Shown in pieces: positions 1 to 14,069 of a DNA stretch of 64,000 bases. Positions within the stretch are counted from its first letter, which is position 1. Each line of letters starts with the position of its first letter. This DNA is from Macrostomum lignano (taxonomy: Eukaryota), in the NCBI GenBank assembly GCA_002269645.1, contig NIVC01002789.1, positions 76,297 through 140,296 of the forward strand. Direction: 5' to 3'. The position numbers were made by a program, and so were the translations under genes. The notes beneath the pieces are model-generated. The model did no database searches, was not told the origin of the DNA, and saw only the letters and a program-made list of their open reading frames with translations.

Positions 1-215
1 TTCAGATCCCAATCCTGCGATCCCAATCCTGAGATCCCAATCCTGCGATCCCAATCCTGAGATCCCAATCCTGAGATCCCAATCCAGAGATCCCAATCTT
101 GAGATCCCAATCCTGAGATCCCAATCCTGATATCCCAATCCTGAGATCCCAATCCTGAGATCCCAATCCTGAGATCCCAATCTTGAGATCCCAATCCTGA
201 GATCCCAATCCTGAG
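1..215. repeat. 14-bp tandem repeat (GAGATCCCAATCCT)n, truncated by window start
   Basis: About 15 near-identical 14-bp units read directly; the 72-aa minus ORF is its translation. Confidence 0.95.
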
Positions 216-1388
216 TCCACATCTTAGATCTATCAAAATACTGCATTCGGTTTGGGGTCGGCGAGATCAACGGCCAGTTGCAGGGGCCGGGAGCTGCAGC
301 CGCTATTCCAGCGCCCAGAGACCGAAGCGGTGGCCCAGAAATCACAAAGCCAGGCAGTGCAGTGCAGTGGATTTTTCAAAACGCGGGCCTAACAATCTTT
401 GTTGCAGGTTAAAAAGGCGAAAAGCCGGCCATCGCAATCCGGACAGGCTGACGATCGGAGGAGAAAGCGAAGGAAAGAAAGAGAAGAGTGATGAAAGAAA
501 ACTGCAGCTGATTACGCAACCATCTCGGCTACCAGAGCAGAAACCCCCACATGCTATTTGCGTTCTGAAGCCATGGACATAAGAAAGCTGAAAGCATGAT
601 GCATCGCTTGTCTGCCGGTTCTAAAAGCTGAAAGCATACAGAATGGCGGACACCCCAGACTCGCAAGGGGGGGGCTGTGCTGTGACGCCATCAATTCATT
701 CAGTAATCTCTAATCCGCCTCTTCTCTCCGGCACAGAATCCGTGATGAAGAGGGTTCTGTTTCTAAAAACTAAAGAATAATTTCAGAATTCTGACAGTTT
801 TCAGCCTCTCGAATGCAGAGCTGCTCCCAGAGTTCTACTTTTTCACCCCCCCTTGATCTCCCAAATTGTGTCTCCATTGTTTTGTCCGAGGCGGAATGAG
901 CCTCATTAGCCTGGAGTGCTGGCCTGCTGGCTGGTTGGGCCCTAATTATGAATATGCGGATTCGGTGGAATTAGCATTGGCCACTCGGCGATTCACTGCC
1001 AGCGCTGGTGGCTCCGACACATGCGGGGCTGGCGTGCCGAGAGGGGCGCGGGAAATCCCACAATGGGGATGAATTTCGGGGATCGCTGACAGATCCACGG
1101 GGCCCGTCCGGTCCACATTGACGGCAGGTGGGGGATCCGGTGAGGGAGAGGCGCTACTGAGGAGTGGCAGACAGACTGGCTGACTTTTGCTGCTTTTGTC
1201 TGCTTTTATGAGCGCTGGCTGCAGACTTTTTATAGCCTTTGTAGCCTTCTATCTATCTATCTGTCTATCTATGTATAATAACCTACTGAAAGGCTTCGCC
1301 TCGGAGATTCTGCATAGACATTCTCCTCGTTTCAGTTGGTTATTGAAATGTATCCCACGAATGCAAGGAGTGGAGAATACTGACTAGA

Positions 1389-1784
<396 letters not shown>

Positions 1785-2564
1785 GAATTAGTGACTCCCA
1801 ATGCTTTCTAAAGAAGAAAACAGTAACCGGGTGCACAAGGCGAATGCAACACCAGTTAGTGGGGGGGGTGAAGCTGCTGCATGTATCCATGCAGAGGGCA
1901 GGCTGCAGTGCTGGCAAGCCGGCAGACACCCCAATAACCATAAGTCTTAGAAGTCCAGCGCGGAAGTCATGCCGGGTGCGGCCGGGGTGCTTCGCCGCCC
2001 TCCCTCGAGGCGCCGCTGCGCGCCCCACTCCTCAGCTAATCAGCTAATGAGGCGCCGGCGCCCCAGTGAGAAAATCCCCGCCCTATTCTGGAGAATTTCT
2101 TCACGATAAGATCGGCAGTGGAGGCCCGAAGAAAGGGCGAAGCGGGGATAACGAGTCTGCTGCAAGCGAAGCAGTTTCTGACGGCGGTGGAAATTCCTCC
2201 TTGGCATGGCAGACTGGCAGCCATTGGCTGGCCAACCAGATGCCGGCTGCTCCCTGCAAAGACGCTGCCGTGTTTTTATGCCCAAGGAGCTGTTTGGCAA
2301 CACACAGCCAGACAGACAGGCAGGCAGGCAGGCCAGAGCTGCAGCTCCGAGCATGACATCGGATTCTTCGGGTCTACCGGTTGCGTAACCGGCCGCGCCA
2401 AACAAAGCAGATCGGTGCCGAGCTCGAGCCATAGAAAATCGGAGACGAGAGCAGACAGGCCTGTCAGACAGGGGCAGAGAGGGCGAGCAAAACCTCAACA
2501 GCTGAAGAGCTCAAGCAAACTCATTGTGCCGCGGAGTCTGCCCTGCCCCCAGCAACCCAACAAG

Positions 2565-2565
<1 letters not shown>

Positions 2566-2633
<68 letters not shown>
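2566..2633. repeat. (CT)n microsatellite upstream of the Ig gene
   Basis: Direct reading. Confidence 0.97.
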
Positions 2634-2637
<4 letters not shown>

Positions 2638-2743
2638 ACTCACTGCCATCGCGCGCGCACACTTATAAGTCGCGCTTATTCTGCCAGCAAGCCCGACCTG
2701 TTTAAACCCCGAGCAGTCCGCACCCGACTCGCGGCCGGAGAAC

Positions 2744-5700
2744 ATGCTGCCTCTCCTGCTAGCAATGCTCATCCTGGGCCCCCCGGCCTCCGCCCAGGTG
2801 AGCATCAGCGGCCAGTTCGACCCTGCCGGGGCCAAGCAGGCAGCCGGCCGCAGCGTCTCCTTCACCTGCCAGGTGACCAACAAGCAGCCGCTGCTGTCCG
2901 TCCGCCTGACCTGCCCACTGGCCAAGGTCGGCACCATCTGCTTCGAGAACTGCAACCGCATCTGCGCCGACCCCAGCCTGTGCGCTGAGGAGCCGCGCCT
3001 GCTGCGGGTCACCTGCTCGAAGAGCAGCGCCGGCAGCGTGCAGACCTTTGCCTACCGGCTCGACATGCTGGACACCGGCTTCTCCGGCGACTGGGGGTGC
3101 AAGCACGTGACCTACGAGAGCACCCCGAGGAGCCTCACAGTCTACCCCAGCCCCGCCATCGACTCCCTGGACTTCACCGCCGCCACCGTCGTGGAGTCGC
3201 AGTCGACAGCCGCCCTGTGCGTCGCCCAGCCCACTGTGGGCAGCCTGCGGTTCTCCTGGACCCGGCGCGACGGCCTCAGCATCCCGCACTCCAGCTCCGG
3301 GCCCAACGCCACCGCCTCTCGCCTGACCATCGCCAGCGCTCAGCGCACAGACGACGCCGTCTACGTGTGCACCGTCGAGAACGAAGTCGGCGTCAGCGCC
3401 AGCCGGGAGGCCGGCCTCACCGTCAACTATCCGCCAAGCTCCGTGCGCCTGTCTAGCAGCCTGTCGTCGCCGCTGCAGGCCGGCGTCTCCGTGACCTTCG
3501 CCTGCCAGGTGGGCGGCGGCCGGCCGGAGCCGCTGCGCCGGTTCTACCGGGAGCGCCTCGGACAGTCGCGCGAGGAGCTGCCGGCGGCCACCGTCACTCT
3601 GGAGGCGGCCGACAACGCGGCGAAATTCTACTGCAAAGCGGAGAGCGTCGGCATCATCGGCACGGAGGTCTGGAGCTCCCCGATCGCCTTTTCGGTCTCC
3701 TTTCCGCCCAGCGGCCTCGAGCTGCTGCAGCAGCCGCCGGGGCCGGCGACCGATGGCGGGCCGGCCAAGCAGTTCAGCTGCTCGGCCACCTCCAGCAGCA
3801 ACCCGCCCAGCTCGGCCGCCTGGTACTCCATCAGCCCGCTGGGCCTGCAGGAGCAAATCTCGGACAGCCGCGTGTCCGTCAGCCAGACAGACGGGCCGAA
3901 CTCGGCCAAGCAGCTGCAGAGCCGGCTGGACATCGCCGCCAGCCGCGACCTCAACGGCTTCAAATTCCGCTGCGTCCTGCTGTACAACTCGCGCGAGATC
4001 GGCCGCAAAGACGTCGCCCTGGAGGTGAAATTTTTGCCGAGCAGCTCCGCGCTGACGGCTAGCCCGGCCGACGGGGTGCTGGAGAACACGGCGCTGACCC
4101 TGCTGTGCCGCGCCGGCTCCGCGAACCCGCCAGCCCGGGTGCACTGGTTCCGGCAGTCCCGCGGCGGCGCCAGCTCGGCCGAGAATGTCACCGTGCAGGC
4201 GGTGGCAACGACGGAGCCGGCGGAGAACCTCGGCACTGCAGTCAGCAGCCGCCTGCTCGTCACGCAGACCAGGCGGGCAGACAACGGCACGGTGTACACC
4301 TGCACCATCGTCTACGACAGCGCCGCAATCGGCGCCCTGTCCAAGTCGACCTCCGTGCTGGTGCTGTACCCGCCATCCGTCAACGTCACAGTGTCGCCCA
4401 GCTCGCCTCGCGAAGGCGACCCGGTGACGCTGAGCTGCCTGACAACCGGCGGGAGTCCCGACGGCAGCGGCGGCGGCTTCACCTTCGTATGGCGACATCG
4501 GAATGCCAGCGGCGTCTGGGCGACGCTCGCCAGCGCAACGTCCACTTTGAGCATCGCGTCGGCCAGCTCAGGAGACAACGGCGTCTACCAGTGCTCGGTG
4601 GGGTCCCGCGGTGGCTCCGCCACAGCCTCGGCCGCCCTTAACCTGACCTTCGCCCCGGCCGCCTGGCCGGGCACCCAGTTGGCCGTGTCTTCCCCACTCG
4701 GACAGCCGGCCGAGCTGCTCCTGCGGGTGACGGCCAACCCGCCGCCCAGCGGGGCCGTCTGGCAGCGCCTCGGAGCCGATGGCACCAAGCAGGCGCTGAA
4801 CCCGCGCCTGTCCACCGTCAGCAGCGCGGTGAACCTCACCTACCGCCTCGTCATCCCGGAGGTGACCTCGGCTGACTACGGCAACTATGTGTGCACCGTG
4901 GCCAACTCAGTCGGCACTCGCGACTTCACCTTCAGCTTGAACCGGCCGGGGCCGCCCGCCACCCCCAGCGGCCTGCAGGTGCTGAACACCACGGCGGTGT
5001 CCGCCAACCTGCGCTGGCGCAGTGAATTCAACGGCGGCTTCGAGCAGACCTTCACGCTGCAGTGGCGGCCGCTCGGCAGCTCCGTGTGGAGCGTCGCCAA
5101 CCAGAAGACCGGCCTGCGGGACCCCGGCTTCGGCCTGCCCGTCACCGAGACCGTCACCGCGCTGGAGTCGCAGGCCACCTACTATGCGCGAGTCCGAGCA
5201 GAGAACTTCTACGGCGGCGCGATCAACGTCAGCCCCTTCACCGACGAGGTGGCGCTGACCACCCGGAAGCTGCCGCTGATCCCGGACGCATCGGTGGCGG
5301 CCCAGGTGACCTCCGGGCAGCTGGAGATCCAGTTCACAGCGCCGATGTCGCCGCACTACACCGGGGTGTACGTGAAGCTGTGCAGCCCCGGCTGCGTCCT
5401 GCGACAGCTGCTGGAGTCGGAGGTCCGCTCAGGCCGCGCCAGCATCCTGCTGCCCGACCCGCAGGCGGCCTACAGCTTCTCCCTGCTGGTGCTGGACGGC
5501 CCGGTCACCGTCTACGAGACCCGCAGCTTCGACGCCCGGCTGAATGCCGCCGCGTCGACCACTCAGGCGAGCACCGCCAGCGCCGGCCTGTCCTTCGAGA
5601 TCGTGCTGGGCATCTCCATCGGCAGCGCCGTGGTGGTGGCCATCCTGCTGGCCGCGGTCATCGTCACCGCCATCCTGCAGTGCCGTCGCGGCGGCGGCGA

Positions 5701-6050
5701 CGGAGGCGGCGGCCCGGGCGTCGGCAAGTCGATGCGGTCGACCAACTCCAGCGACGTCACCAACGGGTCGGGCGGTTCGCCGGCGGCCATCGCTGCGGGC
5801 CACCCGGTGTGCGGCCAGGCGGTGCAGCTGGGCTACCGCGCCAGCCTGTCCAGCGGGATGGCACCGCAGGACGGCTACTACTGCCCGCCGCCCCCGGCCC
5901 TGGGCTCCGACTGCGGCTGCGGCAACGGCGGCGTCTGCGGCGGCTACGGCTATGGTGGCGGCGGCGGCGGCGGAGGCTTCTCGCCGGGCTCCCGGATGTC
6001 GGCTCAGGAGGCGCCGCTGCACCCGTCGTACTACTCATATCACCTGGCCG

Positions 6051-6096
<46 letters not shown>

Positions 6097-6589
6097 CCAC
6101 ATGTTGATGATGGCAGCTGCCGCCGCCGCCTCCCGCCAGCGACTCAACGGCACTAGCAACGGCTCCCTGAACAGCCAGCAGCCGCAGCAGCAGCACGGCA
6201 GGATGCTGACGCCCGACCTGGTCCAGTCGGAGACTCCGGCGGGCGCAACGGAGCTGATCAGGTACAGCAGCCGCATCTCCTTGGCGAGCAGCCGCAGCGG
6301 CTTCAGCGTCATCCCGGCGACCTCCAGTGCGGCTGCGACGTCAACGCCAGCAGCAACTGGCGCTTCTTCGGCGCCGCCGGTCACTAGCGCCACCGCTGAG
6401 ACGGCCTTCGCGTTCCCCAGCGGCGGCGGAGGTGGCGGCGGCGGCGGATTTCGCATCGTTGCCGGCAACGGCGGCCTGTCGGACATCGGCGCCGCTCTGC
6501 ACAGCCTGCAGCAGCAGCCGACCTTCGTGGCGTCGCCGCTGACGCCGCACCTCGAGTCCAACATGGAGGCCATTGAGAACTACGTGTGA
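2744..6589 (+). CDS. Intronless type I membrane Ig-superfamily adhesion receptor (nephrin/sidestep/echinoid-like), 1281 aa
   Basis: Signal peptide MLPLLLAMLILGPPASA; about 7 Ig domains with C...W...YxC patterns (e.g. DDAVYVC, DNGVYQC, DYGNYVC); FN3 domain (PGPPATPSGLQV..W); TM IVLGISIGSAVVVAILLAAVIVTAIL; low-complexity cytoplasmic tail with polyQ/polyG, ending in a possible PDZ-binding motif ENYV; strong GC3 codon bias. Confidence 0.92.
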
Positions 6590-7257
6590 GCTGCCTAGAA
6601 TCCAAAAAGGACTTCACTAGGAAGTTGTTATACTTTGAGTATAAATTTTAAATATGTTTAGTAGAATAACTCTTTGCAGAGTGGAGACCAATTATCAATC
6701 AAATAAGTTTAAATTGGATAATAAAGTTTAACAAAAAATCACTGCTCATTTTTCTTTGAAAACTTTAAGTTACTAGTTAGTTCCTAGAAATTATCATTTG
6801 AATTAATAAGGCCAATTTTGTTTAACTGGACTCTCAAATCACCGACCGCAACTTTAATTTGCACAAATCATTTGCTCTTAACGTATTCGTCCACTGGCTT
6901 TGACTGCTAACTTTATAATTATAGAATTTTAATGTAGACTTTTAGCACCTGTCCATAAATTATCTCAAGCTCAGTCATTTCTTGCTCAGCTGTGAGATCC
7001 TCGCTGAAGTGACCGTCTTATTTGCTTCAACTTAAAGCAATAATATTTGTTTTAACTGATGAAACGATATTTATTGAATCATTTTCAACCTCACGGCTTG
7101 CAATAAGTTTCATTGCTGACACTCTGCCCTGATTTTCTCGTGTTTTCGAAACTCCGGAACCTCTGTAAAAAATATAAAAATCATTAATTATATTGCTTCC
7201 TGTACACAAATCTTCGAGAATGACAACACAATAAAATTGTTTTGTTTAATTGCTTTG

Positions 7258-7750
7258 TGGAGAGTAGAGGAGACGAGAGGAGAGGAGAGGAGATGAGAGA
7301 GAAGAGAGGAGAGGAGAGGAGATGAGAGGAGATGAGAGGAGAGGAGAGGAGAGGAGAGGAGAGGAGACGAGAGGAGAGGAGAGGAGAGGAGAGGAGATGA
7401 GAGAGAAGAGAGGAGAGGAGAGGAGATGAGAGGAGAGGAGAGGAGAGGAGAGGAGAGGAGAGGAGACGAGAGGAGACGAGAGGAGAGGAGAGGAGAGGAG
7501 AGGAGATGAGAGGAGAGGAGAGGAGAGGAGAGGAGAGGAGACGAGAGGAGAGGAGAGGAGAGGAGAGGAGAGGAGATGAGAGAGAAGGGAGGAGAGATAA
7601 GACAGGAGAGAGATAAGATAGGAATGATAAGAGAGGAGAGATGAGATATGAGTGATAAGAGAGGAGAGATGAGATAGGAATGATAAGAGAGGAGAGATGA
7701 GATATGAGTGATAAGAGAGGAGAGATGAGATAGGAATGATAAGAGAGGAG
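7258..7750. repeat. Purine-rich (GAGAG)n-type low-complexity repeat
   Basis: Direct reading. Confidence 0.93.
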
Positions 7751-8391
7751 AAAAGACGAGAAGCCGGAGGCAGACGTTCGGAGATCTCTGAGCTCCGGTG
7801 GATCCGCAGCAGACAGCCACGGCAGCGGCAGGGCGCCAGCACACAGTCAGGAATGCATCAGGAAGTCCCTCGTGCCCGGGCCTCTCAGACAGCTGCATGG
7901 AGGGTTATAAAAGCTGTGGGTGCGCGGCTGAAGAGGGTGCCGATAGATCACAGCTGAGGAATGCGCTCCGACCGGGGGATCGGGGCCTCAAGAAAAAAGT
8001 CTGGCTCTGATTCGGGCAGCGCAGCAAAGCGGAGCCGACTTGCATGTTCATTGTGAAAGTCGCACTTCCGCAAAATACAAGCGGGCAGTGGCTGCACCCG
8101 GTCGGCTGTGACTAATCACTGGCAGACTCGGGCCTGACCTTCGTGTCCTGAAGCCGCTGGTGGGCGTTTCAGCGCTGGCCGTGATGCTGTTTTGCTCCAC
8201 TTAGCTGCAAGACTGCTTTTACAAGCCACTCTGAAGGGCAATCAGAATTGGAATGCGCTGAAAAATAAAAAATGAACAACAAAAACTTGTTGGCTAACTT
8301 TTTGTGTGCATCGCTTGCATCGGCTGTACAGCGTCGTCCTGAGTTCGATTTTAGCTTGACTGTTTAAAGTTTGAGTAGTTCAGCTAAAAAG

Positions 8392-11300
8392 GACCCACAG
8401 AACTTCTTGACCCACTGAACTCCTTGACCCACTGAACTCCTTGACCCACTGAACTCCTTGAACCAAAGAACTCCTTGACCCACTGAACTCCTTGACCCAC
8501 TGAACTCCTTGATCCAAAGAACTGCTTGACCCACTGAACTCCTTGAAACACTGAACTTCTTGACCCAAAGAACTCCTTGACCCACTGAACTCCTTGACCC
8601 ACTGAACTCCTTGACCCACTGAACTCCTTGACCCATTGAACTCCTTGACCCACTGAACTCCTTGACCAATGGAACTGCTTGACCAAAAGAACTCCTTGAC
8701 CCACTGAACTCCTTGACCCATTGAACTCCTTGACCCACTGAACTCCTTAAAACACTGAACTGCTTGACCCACTGAACTTCTTGACCCAAAGAACTCCTTG
8801 ACCCACTGAACTCCTTGACACACTGAACTTCTTGACCCAAAGAACTCCTTGACCCACTGAACTCCTTGACCCACTGAACTCCTTGACCCACTGAACTCCT
8901 TGACCCACTGAACTCCTTGACCCATTGAACTCCTTGACCCACTGAACTCCTTGACCCACTAAACTCCTTGACCCATTGAACTCCTTGACCCACTGAACTC
9001 CTTGACCCACGGAACTGCTCGACCCACTGAACTCCTTGACCCACGGAACTCCTTGAACCAAAGAACTCCTTGACCCACGGAACTCCTTGACCCACTGAAC
9101 TCCTTGATCCAAAGAACTGCTTGACCCACTGAACTCCTTGACCAATGGAACTGCTTGACCCACTGAACTCCTTGACCAATGGAACTGCTTGACCCACTGA
9201 ACTCCTTGACCCACTGAACTCCTTGACCCACTGAACTCCTTGACCCACTAAACTCCTTGACCCACTGAACTCCTTGAAACACTGAACTCCTTGACCCACT
9301 GAACTCCTTGAAACACTGAACTGCTTGACCCACTGAACTTCTTGACCCAAAGAACTCCTTGACCCACTGAACTCCTTGAAACACTGAACTCCTTGACCCA
9401 CTGAACTCCTTGAAACACTGAACTGCTTGACCCACTGAACTTCTTGACCCAAAGAACTCCTTGACCCACTGAACTCCTTGACCCACTGAACTGCTTGACC
9501 CACGGAACTCCTTGACCCACTGAACTCCTTGAAACACTGAACTGCTTGACCCACGGAACTCCTTGACCCACTGAACTCCTTGACCAATGGAACTGCTTGA
9601 CCCACTGAACTCCTTGACCAATGGAACTGCTTGACCCACTGAACTCCTTGACCCACTGAACTCCTTGACCCACTGAACTCCTTGACCCACGGAACTCCTT
9701 GACCCACGGAACTCCTTGACCCACTGAACTCCTTGACCCACTAAACTCCTTGACCCACTGAACTCCTTGACCCACTGAACTCCTTGACCCACGGAACTCC
9801 TTGACCCACTGAACTCCTTGACCCACGGAACTGCTCGACCCACTGAACTCCTTGACCCACGGAACTCCTTGACCCACTGAACTCCTTGAAACACTGAACT
9901 GCTTGACCCACTGAACTTCTTGACCCAAAGAACTCCTTGACCCACTGAACTCCTTGACCCACTGAACTCCTTGACCCACTGAACTCCTTGACCCACGGAA
10001 CTCCTTGACCCAAAGAACTCCTTGACCCACTGAACTCCTTAAAACACTGAACTGCTTGACCCACAGAACTGCTTGACCCACGGAACTCCTTGACCCACTG
10101 AACTCCTTGACCCACTGAACTCCTTGACCCACTGAACTCCTTGACCCACTGAACTCCTTGAAACACTGAACTGCTTGACCCACTGAACTTCTTGACCCAA
10201 AGAACTCCTTGACCCACGGAACTCCTTGACCCACTGAACTCCTTGACCCACTGAACTCCTTGACCCACGGAACTCCTTGAACCAAAGAACTCCTTGACCC
10301 ACGGAACTCCTTGACCCACGGAACTGCTCGACCCACTGAACTCCTTGAAACACTGAACTGCTTGACCCACTGAACTTCTTGACCCAAAGAACTCCTTGAC
10401 CCACGGAACTCCTTGACCCACTGAGCTCCTTGACCCACGGAACTGCTCGACCCACTGAACTCCTTGACCCACGGAACTCCTTGAACCAAAGAACTCCTTG
10501 ACCCACGGAACTCCTTGACCCACTGAACTCCTTGACCCACGGAACTGCTCGACCCACTGAACTCCTTGAAACACTGAACTGCTTGACCCACTGAACTTCT
10601 TGACCCAAAGAACTCCTTGACCCACTGAACTCCTTGACCCACTGAACTCCTTGACCCACTGAACTCCTTGACCCACGGAACTCCTTGACCCAAAGAACTC
10701 CTTGACCCACTGAACTCCTTGAAACACTGAACTGCTTGACCCACAGAACTGCTTGACCCACGGAACTCCTTGACCCACTGAACTCCTTGACCCACTGAAC
10801 TCCTTGACCCACTGAACTCCTTGACCCACTGAACTCCTTGAAACACTGAACTGCTTGACCCACTGAACTTCTTGACCCAAAGAACTCCTTGACCCACGGA
10901 ACTCCTTGACCCACTGAACTCCTTGACCCACTGAACTCCTTGACCCACGGAACTCCTTGAACCAAAGAACTCCTTGACCCACGGAACTCCTTGACCCACG
11001 GAACTGCTCGACCCACTGAACTCCTTGAAACACTGAACTGCTTGACCCACTGAACTTCTTGACCCAAAGAACTCCTTGACCCACGGAACTCCTTGACCCA
11101 CTGAGCTCCTTGACCCACGGAACTGCTCGACCCACTGAACTCCTTGACCCACGGAACTCCTTGAACCAAAGAACTCCTTGACCCACGGAACTCCTTGACC
11201 CACTGAACTCCTTGACCCACGGAACTGCTCGACCCACTGAACTCCTTGAAACACTGAACTGCTTGACCCACTGAACTTCTTGACCCAAAGAACTCCTTGA

Positions 11301-14069
11301 CCCACTGAACTCCTTGAAACACTGAACTGCTTGATCCACTGAACTTCTTGACCCAAAGAACTCCTTGACCCACTGAACTCCTTGACCCACTGAACTCCTT
11401 GACCCACTGAACTCCTTGACCCACTGAACTCCTTGACCCACTGAACTCCTTGAAACACTGAACTCCTTGACCCACGGAACTGCTCGACCCACTGAACTCC
11501 TTGAAACACTGAACTGCTTGACCCACTGAACTTCTTGACCCAAAGAACTCCTTGACCCACTGAACTCCTTGAAACACTGAACTCCTTGACCCACTGAACT
11601 CCTTGAAACACTGAACTGCTTGACCCACTGAACTTCTTGACCCAAAGAACTCCTTGACCCACTGAACTCCTTGACCCACTGAACTGCTTGACCCACGGAA
11701 CTCCTTGACCCACTGAACTCCTTGAAACACTGAACTGCTTGACCCACGGAACTCCTTGACCCACTGAACTCCTTGACCAATGGAACTGCTTGACCCACTG
11801 AACTCCTTGACCAATGGAACTGCTTGACCCACTGAACTCCTTGACCCACTGAACTCCTTGACCCACTGAACTCCTTGACCCACGGAACTCCTTGACCCAC
11901 GGAACTCCTTGACCCACAGAACTGCTTGACCCACGGAACTCCTTGACCCACTGAACTCCTTGACCCACTGAACTCCTTGACCCACGGAACTCCTTGACCC
12001 ACTGAACTCCTTGACCCACGGAACTCCTTGACCCACTGAACTTCTTGACCCAAAGAACTCCTTGACCCACGGAACTCCTTGACCCACTGAACTCCTTGAC
12101 CCACTGAACTCCTTGACCCACGGAACTCCTTGAACCAAAGAACTCCTTGACCCACGGAACTCCTTGACCCACGGAACTGCTCGACCCACTGAACTCCTTG
12201 AAACACTGAACTGCTTGACCCACTGAACTTCTTGACCCAAAGAACTCCTTGACCCACGGAACTCCTTGACCCACTGAGCTCCTTGACCCACGGAACTGCT
12301 CGACCCACTGAACTCCTTGACCCACGGAACTCCTTGAACCAAAGAACTCCTTGACCCACGGAACTCCTTGACCCACTGAACTCCTTGACCCACGGAACTG
12401 CTCGACCCACTGAACTCCTTGAAACACTGAACTGCTTGACCCACTGAACTTCTTGACCCAAAGAACTCCTTGACCCACTGAACTCCTTGAAACACTGAAC
12501 TCCTTGACCCACTGAACTCCTTGAAACACTGAACTGCTTGACCCACTGAACTTCTTGACCCAAAGAACTCCTTGACCCACTGAACTCCTTGACCCACTGA
12601 ACTGCTTGACCCACGGAACTCCTTGACCCACTGAACTCCTTGAAACACTGAACTGCTTGACCCACGGAACTCCTTGACCCACTGAACTCCTTGACCAATG
12701 GAACTGCTTGACCCACTGAACTCCTTGACCAATGGAACTGCTTGACCCACTGAACTCCTTGACCCACTGAACTCCTTGACCCACTGAACTCCTTGACCCA
12801 CGGAACTCCTTGACCCACGGAACTCCTTGACCCACTGAACTCCTTGACCCACTAAACTCCTTGACCCACTGAACTCCTTGACCCACTGAACTCCTTGACC
12901 CACGGAACTCCTTGACCCACTGAACTCCTTGACCCACGGAACTGCTCGACCCACTGAACTCCTTGACCCACGGAACTGCTCGACCCACTGAACTCCTTGA
13001 CCCACGGAACTCCTTGACCCACTGAACTCCTTGAAACACTGAACTGCTTGACCCACTGAACTTCTTGACCCAAAGAACTCCTTGACCCACTGAACTCCTT
13101 GACCCACTGAACTCCTTGACCCACTGAACTCCTTGACCCACGGAACTCCTTGACCCAAAGAACTCCTTGACCCACTGAACTCCTTGAAACACTGAACTGC
13201 TTGACCCACAGAACTGCTTGACCCACGGAACTCCTTGACCCACTGAACTCCTTGACCCACTGAACTCCTTGACCCACTGAACTCCTTGACCCACTGAACT
13301 CCTTGAAACACTGAACTGCTTGACCCACTGAACTTCTTGACCCAAAGAACTCCTTGACCCACGGAACTCCTTGACCCACTGAACTCCTTGACCCACTGAA
13401 CTCCTTGACCCACGGAACTCCTTGAACCAAAGAACTCCTTGACCCACGGAACTCCTTGACCCACGGAACTGCTCGACCCACTGAACTCCTTGAAACACTG
13501 AACTGCTTGACCCACTGAACTTCTTGACCCAAAGAACTCCTTGACCCACGGAACTCCTTGACCCACTGAGCTCCTTGACCCACGGAACTGCTCGACCCAC
13601 TGAACTCCTTGACCCACGGAACTCCTTGAACCAAAGAACTCCTTGACCCACGGAACTCCTTGACCCACTGAACTCCTTGACCCACGGAACTGCTCGACCC
13701 ACTGAACTCCTTGAAACACTGAACTGCTTGACCCACTGAACTTCTTGACCCAAAGAACTCCTTGACCCACTGAACTCCTTGAAACACTGAACTGCTTGAT
13801 CCACTGAACTTCTTGACCCAAAGAACTCCTTGACCCACTGAACTCCTTGAAACACTGAACTCCTTGACCCACTGAACTCCTTGACCCACTGAACTCCTTG
13901 ACCCACTGAACTCCTTGACCCACTGAACTCCTTGAAACACTGAACTGCTTGACCCACTGAACTCCTTGACCCACTGAACTCCTTGACACACTGAACTCCT
14001 TGACCCACTGAACTCCTTGACCCACGGAACTCCTTGACCCACGGAACTGCTCGACCCACTGAACTCCTT
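8392..14069. repeat. 17-bp satellite (GAACTCCTTGACCCACT)n, about 334 units, with higher-order repeats
   Basis: Constant 17-bp phase; a rare GAGCTC variant recurs at 10421, 11101, 12274 and 13566 (spacings 40, 69 and 76 units). Confidence 0.98.

Noticed and set aside
2759-6617. Overlapping and antisense ORFs across the Ig gene
   Set aside because: Shadow frames of GC3-rich coding sequence with no domain motifs.
7188-7898. Leu/Ser- or Arg/Glu-rich ORFs here and at 15569-16733, 19046-20314, 26667-27295 and 49330-49965
   Set aside because: Translations of simple repeats.
8364-14059. Very long minus-strand ORFs (up to 1603 aa) as a repetitive protein gene
   Set aside because: The 17-bp unit lacks stops on that strand, so all three frames are open with the same peptide; there is no frame preference, start context or unique domain.
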